This document shows, piece after piece, positions 56,073-64,000 of a stretch of DNA of 64,000 nucleotides. Source of the stretch: Candidatus Gygaella obscura. Lineage in GTDB: Bacteria > Omnitrophota > Gorgyraeia > Gygaellales > Gygaellaceae. The position numbers and the translations under genes were made by a program. The notes beneath the pieces are model-generated. The model was not told where the DNA came from. It made no database searches and saw only the letters and a program-made list of their open reading frames with translations. The DNA lies in assembly GCA_030765485.1 (NCBI GenBank), contig JAVCCR010000003.1, forward strand, positions 4,653 through 68,652, in the 5' to 3' direction. The number at the start of each line of letters is the position of its first letter. Position 1 is the stretch's first letter.

Positions 56073-58269
56073 TTTTTTTGCGATTTAGATATAAGAGAGA
56101 ATAGATTTTAATTATTATAACTAGCATTATGCATTTTGGTATACCAATTATCGGTATAAGAAGCGTAGTGGTAAATGCTGCAGCAAAAAACCCTCCTAAT
56201 AGTTCAAAGGCATAAATCGTAGAGATATTACTTTTTGGTTTTATGGTTAGATAAATTTTATTTATAAGAGGGAACTCCCATCCGTGGATAATGCCGATTG
56301 AGCAGGCAATTACATACAGGGACAATTCATTTATCAAAATCTTAGTTTCAAACATTATCAGAATAGCCACTGCAATTAAAATAAATCCAGCTTCTAGCAG
56401 TTTGATTGTTGGGGATTCTTTAATTCTCTCAGCATTTCTGTAACAGTGAAGTGTTCCAAAGGAAAGCCCGGCCATAAAAGAAGTAGTAATGAGGATGATC
56501 TTAGAGTAAACCACCCCGAAGTATACCTGCATTGCGATTATAAGAGATAACACCAGAAGCATCTCAGAAAATGCCGTGCTTATAGCGATATATTCCAAGG
56601 TAAAACCTTTGCGCACTCTTTTAGTTATAAAACCAGAAGAAAGGATTATTACTAATAAAATAAAAATAGCATTAAAGTTAATTTTTTCTATTAATAAACT
56701 AATCGATCTTAACCCAGGGAATGATTTTGTGTTCCAAAGCAGCAGGTTGTCTAATACCAGACGTGGTTTTAGGTCTAAGTTTTTTGTTGTATTGTTTTTT
56801 TTCAAAGAGTGCCAGAACCACTCCTCGCGCGATTTATTTAAAAGTAAATTCAGGTGGCCAGTATCAATAAACGAGGTTTTTATTTCTCTCCTTTTTAACT
56901 TATCAAAAAGATAATCGGCATTAAGGTTAATTTTATAATCCGATGCTAGTATTATATTAGTCAGTCCCGGAACAACTTTTATATATCTAAAGCTATCGAT
57001 TAGTGTATTTAATAGATGAGTGTTTATATTTTTTAGTTCTGGGGAATAGCTTGATTCGCTGCCTTGACAGCTAAGTACCAAAAGAGAGTTTTTGTTGAGG
57101 TTATTTTTTAAAAGGGAGAAAAATTCTTGTGTATAGAAACGATTGATTTGGATGCTTGAAGATACAAGATAATTTATAAAAATAAGATCGTAATTTTGTA
57201 TAGAATTACGCATGTAGGCTCTGGGATCATTGATTTTTATGTTAACTTTTTTGTTTTGGAGTTCTTCTTTTGCGATTTTTTTAAAAGAATCGATTAGCAT
57301 TGGGTCTAATTCTACGTAGTCGATTTTTTCAACGTTATGTTTAAGGATTTCCTTTATGAGGCCGTAGTAATTACCGATGAGCAGAATATGTTTTGGTTGA
57401 TCGTGTTCAAGCAGCGCAAGATGAGAGAAGGTTTCATTAAATCTAGTATTATCGTATGGAATAGTAGCAGTTGGCTGGCCGTTTACAAATACTGTTTTCT
57501 GCTTATCCTTTAATCCCACACATATGTTTGCATATTCAGAGTTTTTATTTTCAGTTATTTCCAAGCCCTGAAAAAGATTAGAAAAAGTGCTTTCCGATAA
57601 ATTATTTATTCCGGATTTGGTTTTTAAGCTGATAACAATGATTGTAATTAAGAAAATAATAGTTAAGACGAATGTGAATCTTTTTTTGCTGCATTTTTGG
57701 TATTTTAAGGTAATTAATACAGCGCTGGTAAGGTTAATTAGTCCCAGGATAACGACTTGTTCGATGACTATTATTTGTGCAAACAGAAAGATAAAAAATA
57801 AAATTGTTCCAAGAATAACCCCAATTGCTTCAAAGGCATAGGCAAGAGAGACACCTTTATATTTTTGGTTTTTCTTTATTGCCAGGCTTGAACCAAGTTT
57901 AAAAATCCATCCGTCAATAATGCAGAAGGGGGCAAGAGCAATTGCGCTTACTATAATTATGCCAATAATTGAAAATGATTCCCCGGGAAGCTTATTGAAG
58001 ATTATACGTGAGTTTCTCAAAAAAACTATAGATAAAGAAGTGATTATGACGATAAGGCTTTGGAATAAAGAAAAAAAGAAATAATTGTTTGATAGTTTTT
58101 TTCTTGCAATTATTCCAGCTCCCAGTGACTGGAAAATTATCCAAGATGAAAAGATGATACCTATAGTAAGTTCATTTCCGGAGAATAGAACTAGAAGTTC
58201 TCTGATAAATATTGTTTGGATTATAACGGCCGTTAGGCCCTTTACTATTAAGGCAATAATTACTGGCAT
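56065..58269 (-). CDS. Membrane-fused spermidine synthase-like (SAM-dependent fold) protein
   Basis: RELLVLFSGNEL, N- and C-terminal TM bundles, central SEYANI, YVELDP, NDPR, RFYTQEFF. Confidence 0.78.
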   Translation of the reverse strand: MPVIIALIVKGLTAVIIQTIFIRELLVLFSGNELTIGIIFSSWIIFQSLGAGIIARKKLSNNYFFFSLFQSLIVIITSLSIVFLRNSRIIFNKLPGESFSIIGIIIVSAIALAPFCIIDGWIFKLGSSLAIKKNQKYKGVSLAYAFEAIGVILGTILFFIFLFAQIIVIEQVVILGLINLTSAVLITLKYQKCSKKRFTFVLTIIFLITIIVISLKTKSGINNLSESTFSNLFQGLEITENKNSEYANICVGLKDKQKTVFVNGQPTATIPYDNTRFNETFSHLALLEHDQPKHILLIGNYYGLIKEILKHNVEKIDYVELDPMLIDSFKKIAKEELQNKKVNIKINDPRAYMRNSIQNYDLIFINYLVSSSIQINRFYTQEFFSLLKNNLNKNSLLVLSCQGSESSYSPELKNINTHLLNTLIDSFRYIKVVPGLTNIILASDYKINLNADYLFDKLKRREIKTSFIDTGHLNLLLNKSREEWFWHSLKKNNTTKNLDLKPRLVLDNLLLWNTKSFPGLRSISLLIEKINFNAIFILLVIILSSGFITKRVRKGFTLEYIAISTAFSEMLLVLSLIIAMQVYFGVVYSKIILITTSFMAGLSFGTLHCYRNAERIKESPTIKLLEAGFILIAVAILIMFETKILINELSLYVIACSIGIIHGWEFPLINKIYLTIKPKSNISTIYAFELLGGFFAAAFTTTLLIPIIGIPKCIMLVIIIKIYSLLYLNRKKIN

Positions 58270-58270
58270 T

Positions 58271-58939
58271 TTATAATAAGGTCATTGCCTTTACGGCCTC
58301 TAGATGTTTTTGGCTAAGACGATATAGGCCAAGTTTTATCCAGAAGTTGCTGTGATTTTCTTTAGGCGTTGAATCCAGTACCGTTCCTTCTACTGTAAAA
58401 GGCATGGTATGGGTGGGTAGTTTTAAATCCAGACTGATGATTTTGTTTTTTTCAAAAGTCTTGGTAGATTCAAATATGAGAATTGCTTGTGGGTTTTTTG
58501 ATTCAGGAACAGGTGCAGCCTCAATAAGCTCAATATCAGCTATACACCAATAAGGTATGCCGATTATGTTTTCTCCTAGGTTCTGTAGCATGATCAGGTA
58601 TTCTATAAAATTAAATAGTATTTTTTTGGTTTCTTCGTTAATTTCAACGAATTTCGTACCTAGCACATACTCACCGTCTTCTTCTTTTTTCCATATAGCT
58701 TTTACTTTTAGCTGGGTCTTATCATAACCTTTTACGCTGGGTACATATATCTGCATGGATATTTCTTTATCTATATCGATATCTTCTTTGCTGGAGAGCA
58801 GAAAACCGCCTTTACTGATGTTTTTTATTTTGATATGTCTAAATTCGTCTTTCTGGCTGAATCTAGCCAATAACCAGTAGGCTAAACGTTTATCTTTCCG
58901 GCGATCCTGATCTGTATTGGTTTGTTCAATCGATTTCAT
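58271..58939 (-). CDS. PilZ domain protein (one clear and one degenerate domain)
   Basis: RRKDKR (RxxxR) and NISKGG (NxSxxG) c-di-GMP motifs. Confidence 0.8.
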   Translation of the reverse strand: MKSIEQTNTDQDRRKDKRLAYWLLARFSQKDEFRHIKIKNISKGGFLLSSKEDIDIDKEISMQIYVPSVKGYDKTQLKVKAIWKKEEDGEYVLGTKFVEINEETKKILFNFIEYLIMLQNLGENIIGIPYWCIADIELIEAAPVPESKNPQAILIFESTKTFEKNKIISLDLKLPTHTMPFTVEGTVLDSTPKENHSNFWIKLGLYRLSQKHLEAVKAMTLL

Positions 58940-58946
58940 AGCATAT

Positions 58947-58975
58947 AAATTAGCATAGTTACTTTCTATTAACAA
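58947..58975 (-). promoter_or_regulatory. Putative leaderless promoter of the PilZ gene
   Basis: TTGTTA-17 bp-(TGn)TAATTT, ATG 7 nt downstream. Confidence 0.45.
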
Positions 58976-59041
58976 GTAATTTATATAACTTTTCTTAACA
59001 TTTGTTCTCAAGAGGCGCTAGAAACAGCTTTTATATCGAGA

Positions 59042-59070
59042 TTGACAATAAAAATGCTTTGTGTTATAAA
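59042..59070 (+). promoter_or_regulatory. Sigma70-type promoter of the patatin gene
   Basis: TTGACA-17 bp-(TGn)TATAAA. Confidence 0.7.
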
Positions 59071-59154
59071 TAAGCATATTCAAATTCAAAAAATGCATTT
59101 AATTACATGATTGAACCGAAGTAGTATCGTGTTTAATCTTTTTGGATAACAGAG

Positions 59155-60090
59155 ATGATTAATCCTATAAGAGTTTTTAAGCCCAGAATCGGCCTTGCGC
59201 TTGGAGGCGGAGGAGTAAGGGCATTTGCTCATATTGGTATACTAAAGGTATTGGAGGAAAATAAAGTTCCAATACATGCGCTTAGTGGTATCAGTATGGG
59301 TTCTATAATCGCAGCTATCTACGCATTAGGAATTCCGATTGATAAAATCGAGAAGAAGCTTTTGGATATTGCTGGGAGTAAAGCTATCTTGAGTCTGGAG
59401 AAGTTTTCTACAAGTTCAGAGATAGATGAAAAAAAACTAGTATTCCAGAAATTTGTTCGGATATTGAAGAATCTTTATCTTTGGAATGTGAGAGGTGCCA
59501 GGAAATGGCTGGTTAGGTTTGACAAAATTCTTCCTTTTGTGGAAAGCCTTATTGGGAATAAAACTTTTGCCGATACGAAGATTCCTTTTTACTGTGTTGC
59601 ATGTGACTTGGCTACGGGCGAAGAAGTTATTATCAATAAAGGCAAACTTATTGATGCAGTATTGGCGTCTTCTGCGCTTCCAGGAGTTTTTCCTCCGGTA
59701 AAGCTTGAAGGAAAGCTTTTAGTTGATGCGGGCATATTAGGTTCTATTCCTACGTGGGTGTTTGACAGAAAAGATGTGGATTTTGTTCTTGCTGCTAACG
59801 TGGGAGGCAATATTTACCATAAGGAATTTAATACAGGGTTGGATATATTATTCCAGGCAGATCTTATAACAAGCCACAAGCTGGATCAAGAAGTATTAAG
59901 ATATGCTGATTTTGTTATTGATCCGGCTGTACATGATGTGTTGTGGAGTGAGTTTTCTCAGGCAGGTTTTTGTATTGAACAGGGTAAGCTTGCTACTAAA
60001 CAGAATATGAGGTTTTTGAAAAAGACAATAAGAGGAAAATATATAAATCCGTTTTTTAATTCAAAGAAAAAAGTAGAGAAGTATACATAG
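59155..60090 (+). CDS. Patatin-like phospholipase
   Basis: LALGGGG.R..AHIG, GISMG nucleophile elbow, ASSALPG, LVDAG. Confidence 0.92.
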   Translation: MINPIRVFKPRIGLALGGGGVRAFAHIGILKVLEENKVPIHALSGISMGSIIAAIYALGIPIDKIEKKLLDIAGSKAILSLEKFSTSSEIDEKKLVFQKFVRILKNLYLWNVRGARKWLVRFDKILPFVESLIGNKTFADTKIPFYCVACDLATGEEVIINKGKLIDAVLASSALPGVFPPVKLEGKLLVDAGILGSIPTWVFDRKDVDFVLAANVGGNIYHKEFNTGLDILFQADLITSHKLDQEVLRYADFVIDPAVHDVLWSEFSQAGFCIEQGKLATKQNMRFLKKTIRGKYINPFFNSKKKVEKYT

Positions 60091-60108
60091 TAAAGATAAG
60101 GAGAAGAT

Positions 60109-60195
60109 ATGAGTAAGCGTAAACGTAGAGCAAGGCTTTCTTGGAGAACAAAGAAGGCAAACCATGGAAAAAAGCCCTGTATGGGTAAAAATTAA
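60109..60195 (+). CDS. 28-aa basic protein, bL37-like ribosomal protein
   Basis: AAGGAG RBS; MSKRKRRARLSWRTKKANHGKKPCMGKN with the KANHGKxP motif; below the ORF-track cutoff. Confidence 0.72.
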   Translation: MSKRKRRARLSWRTKKANHGKKPCMGKN

Positions 60196-60217
60196 TTTTT
60201 AATCGGAAAGTAAATTT

Positions 60218-61129
60218 ATGAAAGCTTTAGTTACGGGAGGTGCTGGTTTTGTCGGTGCCAATATATGCGAACATCTTTTAGAACAGGGTATTAAGGTTGT
60301 CTGTCTAGATGATTTTCTGAAAGGAAGTGAAGAGAACATTCATGGCATGGATTTAGAACTGGTAAAGGGAAGTGTTGTCGATGAGGGTTTAATAAGAAGC
60401 CTTAAGGGCAAGGGGATTGATGTGATATTCCACGAGGCAGCAATTACTGATACTACTGTTATTGATGATGACTTAATGCTTAGAGTCAACGTGGAAGGAT
60501 TTAAATACGTTCTTGACTTGGCAAGAAATGAGAATTCTTCAGTTGTTTATGCATCTTCCGCGGCTGTTTATGGAGATTGTGCAGTTGCGATGAAGGAGAA
60601 TCAAAAGCCTAATCCGTTAAATATATATGGGGTTTCCAAGCTTAAAATGGATGAGATTTCACCTGTTTTTACTAAAGAGACCGGATTAAATGTTGTGGGT
60701 CTTCGTTATTTTAATGTTTACGGGCCAAAAGAAGACTTTAAGGCAAATGCAATGAGTATGATCCGTCAACTTGCCAACCAGATGTTAAAAGGTAATCCCC
60801 CCCGTATTTTTAAATGGGGAGAACAGGAAAGAGACTTTGTTTATGTAAAAGATGTTGTATTAGCGAATATAAAGGCATTTGAGGCAAAAACAAGCTGTAT
60901 TGTAAATGTAGGAACAGGAGTAAGAACAAATTTTAATCGCGTAATTGATATTTTAAACGATAACTTGAATATGGATTTTAAACCAGAATATTTCGATAAT
61001 CCCTACAGTTTTTATCAGAATCACACACAGGCTGATCTTGCACTGGCGCAAAGCTCTATAGACTTTAAGGCTGGTTTTTCCATTGAAGAAGGAATTAAGG
61101 ATTATATTTTGAAGCTTAAGAAGGTTTAA
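60218..61129 (+). CDS. hldD: ADP-L-glycero-D-manno-heptose 6-epimerase-like NAD-dependent epimerase
   Basis: TGGAGFVG, FHEAAITDTT, YASSAAVYG, PLNIYGVSK, GLRYFNVYGP, RDFVYVKD. Confidence 0.75.
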   Translation: MKALVTGGAGFVGANICEHLLEQGIKVVCLDDFLKGSEENIHGMDLELVKGSVVDEGLIRSLKGKGIDVIFHEAAITDTTVIDDDLMLRVNVEGFKYVLDLARNENSSVVYASSAAVYGDCAVAMKENQKPNPLNIYGVSKLKMDEISPVFTKETGLNVVGLRYFNVYGPKEDFKANAMSMIRQLANQMLKGNPPRIFKWGEQERDFVYVKDVVLANIKAFEAKTSCIVNVGTGVRTNFNRVIDILNDNLNMDFKPEYFDNPYSFYQNHTQADLALAQSSIDFKAGFSIEEGIKDYILKLKKV

Positions 61130-61146
61130 GTTCTCCACGGTTTAAA

Positions 61147-63186
61147 ATGCAGAAAATCGACTATAAGAATCAACTAAACGAAAAACAGTTTGAGGCTGTT
61201 ACTTCCTCTGATGGCGCATATCTGGTTATTGCCGGTGCGGGTTCCGGTAAGACACGCACCTTAGTCTATCGAGTGGCTTATCTAGTAGAAAAAGGTGTTG
61301 CTCCGGAACGGATTTTGCTGCTCACCTTTACACGCAGGGCTGCAGAGCAGATGCTTAGACGCGCCTCAGGGCTTTTGGATAATAGGTGCCAGCATGTTTC
61401 AGGAGGCACGTTTCATTCCTTTGCCAATTTTGTGCTGCGTAAATACGCGAAACTACTTGGGTTGGCCAATAACTATACAATTCTTGATGAGTCAGATGCC
61501 GAAGATGTTATCAATCTTTTAAGAACGCAGTTGGAGCTGAATAAGCAGGACAAACGTTTTCCTAGGAAAAAGGCGATTCTGGATATGATCTCTAAAAGTA
61601 TCAACAAGGTTGAACCTTTAAAAAAAGTAATTTACGATGAATACCCACAATTTTTAGAATGGGAAGATCAGATCAGTAAGATAAAACAGCTGTATAAAAA
61701 ATACAAATTTGAAAAATCCCTCCTTGATTACGATGACCTCTTAGTTTTTTTGAAAAAGCTTCTTATTGATTTTGAAGACGTAAGAGCCTCTCTAAGTAAT
61801 AAATACAAGTATATAATGGTTGATGAATATCAGGATACGAATAAACTTCAGGCTTTGATTGTCTCCCTTTTAGCCAGCATTCATAAAAACATTATGGTAG
61901 TAGGAGACGATTCACAGAGTATATATTCTTTTAGGGGAGCGAATTTTAAAAATATTATGGATTTTCCCAAGATTTTTCCTGATACAAAGGTTATAAGCTT
62001 AGAAGAAAATTACCGTTCAACCCAAACGATACTAAATCTTACCAATAATATTATCAGTATGGCTGAAGAAAGATTTAAGAAATTTCTATATACTAAAAAA
62101 GAAGGAGGAGCTTTACCTATATATGTAGATGCTGCGGATGAAAGTGCTCAGTCAAAATATATTGTTGATAAGATACTTGAGTTTCGAGAGCAGAATATCG
62201 AACTTTCCGATATGGCTGTATTATTTCGTTCTGGATGGCACTCCAATGATTTAGAGGTAGAACTTGCCAGTAGAAACATTCCTTTTATTAAATATGGAGG
62301 CAGGAAATTCGTTGAGGCCGCTCATATCAAAGATATACTTTCATATTTAAGGATAGTGCATAACGTAAAAGATGAAGTTAGTTGGCATAGATTGCTTTTA
62401 TTGTGTAAAGGCATTGGCCCTAAGTCCGCTGTTAAAATCATCAATGAGGTAGTAAAAAAAGATAATTATAGTAATATCGCTGTCAAACTGCTTGAAAAAA
62501 TAGACATAGCTAAGCTTTTTGAATTATTAACTGACATTAAAGATAAGGGTTATAGTTTGCTTGAACTTTTGGATTTGTTTTTAAAGTATTACCAGCCCCT
62601 TTTTAGGCAAAGGTATGATGATTTTAATAAACGTGTTAATGATCTGGATTCATTAAGGCGGATTGCTGCAAGGTACGAGTCTTTAGAGAAATTTTTAGCG
62701 GATATGGCCTTAGAGCCTCCTGAGCGTAGTATTGTTGAGAGAGCTTTAAAAAATAATGATGATTCAACACTTACGCTTTCTACGATTCATTCAGCCAAGG
62801 GCCTGGAATGGCATACGGTATTTATTATCTATGTAGCAGAAGGATATTTACCTAGCTATTTATCTTTGGATAATGATGATGCAATAGAAGAGGAACGTAG
62901 ACTTCTTTATGTTGCTTCAACCAGGGCCAAGGAAAACCTTTTTTTGATAAAACCTCAGATTGACCGCTCTCCGCAGAGTTTTTTTATGGAGGGTAAGACT
63001 GTGTTTACGCAGATATCACGTTTTATAGACACACCTAAAATATTTAAGGATTTGCTTGATTGCGAACCAGGCGTTGATTCTAAAGAAGAGGATAAAGAAT
63101 TTGCTTATGAGCTTGATTCAAATCAAACAAAGAACGACGATTTTTTCGATAACATTAAAGAGTATTTTAAGGATGATTTTATTTAA
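61147..63186 (+). CDS. UvrD/PcrA family ATP-dependent DNA helicase
   Basis: AGAGSGKT, GTFHS, VDEYQD, VGDDSQSIYSFRGA, ENYRS, TIHSAKGLEW, EERRLLYVASTRA. Confidence 0.95.
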   Translation: MQKIDYKNQLNEKQFEAVTSSDGAYLVIAGAGSGKTRTLVYRVAYLVEKGVAPERILLLTFTRRAAEQMLRRASGLLDNRCQHVSGGTFHSFANFVLRKYAKLLGLANNYTILDESDAEDVINLLRTQLELNKQDKRFPRKKAILDMISKSINKVEPLKKVIYDEYPQFLEWEDQISKIKQLYKKYKFEKSLLDYDDLLVFLKKLLIDFEDVRASLSNKYKYIMVDEYQDTNKLQALIVSLLASIHKNIMVVGDDSQSIYSFRGANFKNIMDFPKIFPDTKVISLEENYRSTQTILNLTNNIISMAEERFKKFLYTKKEGGALPIYVDAADESAQSKYIVDKILEFREQNIELSDMAVLFRSGWHSNDLEVELASRNIPFIKYGGRKFVEAAHIKDILSYLRIVHNVKDEVSWHRLLLLCKGIGPKSAVKIINEVVKKDNYSNIAVKLLEKIDIAKLFELLTDIKDKGYSLLELLDLFLKYYQPLFRQRYDDFNKRVNDLDSLRRIAARYESLEKFLADMALEPPERSIVERALKNNDDSTLTLSTIHSAKGLEWHTVFIIYVAEGYLPSYLSLDNDDAIEEERRLLYVASTRAKENLFLIKPQIDRSPQSFFMEGKTVFTQISRFIDTPKIFKDLLDCEPGVDSKEEDKEFAYELDSNQTKNDDFFDNIKEYFKDDFI

Positions 63187-63192
63187 TAAAAT

Positions 63193-64000
63193 ATGCTTTC
63201 CATAGGTAACCTTAAATTAAAGTCTAATCTTATTCTTTCTCCTTTGGCTGGTATAAGCGATTTGCCTTTTCGTATGATTAACCGTAAATTCGGCTGTCAT
63301 CTTGCTTTTGTAGAGATGATCAATGTCCGTTCTTTAAGCCACAAGAGTAAAAAAACCAAAAGAATGCTCTCTACCTTAAAGGCCGATAGCCCTTTAGGGG
63401 TGCAGCTTTTGGGGTTTGAAGAAGATTTTATAAAAAAAGCAATAGATATATTGCAGTATTATAGATTTAATGTTTTGGATTTTAACTGTGCCTGCCCTGA
63501 AAAAAAAGTCGTACGCCGCGGTGAAGGAGCAGCTCTTTTAAAAGACCCAAAAAAGATACAAAGGATATTAAAGATTATGGTTAAACGAAGTAATCGGCCA
63601 GTGACTGTTAAAATAAGAATCGGTTTTAACAGCGAATCAGTGAATGCAAAAGAAGTGGCTCTTTGTGCCCAGGATGCAGGAGTAAAGGCTTTATTTATTC
63701 ATGGAAGAACGCGGGAACAGTTTTATAAGCCCGGAGTAGATTATGATACGATTAGAAGAGTAAAAGAAGCCTTGTCTATTCCTGTAATTGCAAGCGGGGA
63801 TATTTTTAGCGGCGCATTGGCTAAAAGAATGTTGGATGAGACCGGCTGTGATGGGTTGGCAGTTGCCAGGGGTAGCTTTGGGAATCCATGGATTTTTAAG
63901 GAGATTAAAGCATTTTTAAAGGGGAAATCAATTAAGAAACCGAATGCCAGACAGGTTTATAAGGTAATGCGACCACATTTTAAAAGCTGTGTTAAATTTT
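63193..64000 (+). CDS. dusB: tRNA dihydrouridine synthase DusB (runs off the window end)
   Basis: Manual translation MLSIGNLKLKSNLILSPLAGISDLPFR...DFNCACP...GEGAALL...VTVKIRIG...IHGRT...IASGD; no stop seen before the window end. Confidence 0.92.
   Translation, partial: MLSIGNLKLKSNLILSPLAGISDLPFRMINRKFGCHLAFVEMINVRSLSHKSKKTKRMLSTLKADSPLGVQLLGFEEDFIKKAIDILQYYRFNVLDFNCACPEKKVVRRGEGAALLKDPKKIQRILKIMVKRSNRPVTVKIRIGFNSESVNAKEVALCAQDAGVKALFIHGRTREQFYKPGVDYDTIRRVKEALSIPVIASGDIFSGALAKRMLDETGCDGLAVARGSFGNPWIFKEIKAFLKGKSIKKPNARQVYKVMRPHFKSCVKF

Overview
AT-rich, gene-dense bacterial chromosome segment from a diderm, LPS-producing organism (LpxL-like, HldD-like, LptE-like, BamD-like, Lnt, TolC). Gene content and style are compatible with Candidatus Omnitrophota / PVC group; this is inference only. 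Most of the window is housekeeping: purH-folC-mnmE-folE, accA, leuS-comEA-comEC-bamD-lptE-holA, rpsT, murJ-uvrC, frameshifted prfB, secA-lnt, hldD, a UvrD helicase, dusB, tRNA-Leu(CAA) and tRNA-Ala(GGC). The most unusual element is an ~11.6 kb cluster (21712-33310): PadR regulator, acyl-CoA ligase, divergent nucleoside phosphorylase, MtnA-like isomerase, cobalamin-binding radical SAM enzyme, a truncated MtnA/eIF2B-like subunit, a class II aldolase fused to an SCP2 lipid-binding domain, and an MMPL/LolA-like/DUF1302-like envelope transport module. It looks like the 5'-deoxyadenosine (DHAP-shunt) salvage chemistry adapted to a lipid-linked substrate. Also notable: a MoxR-DUF58 operon whose usual transglutaminase partner is replaced by coiled-coil and Ig-repeat proteins; an unannotated 28-aa bL37-like ribosomal protein gene; a PilT/PilU with a Walker B E-to-N change; an RND-TolC pump with no adaptor gene; an NCS2 permease remnant; and several apparently leaderless genes. 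All family assignments come from motifs recognised by eye; no searches were run.
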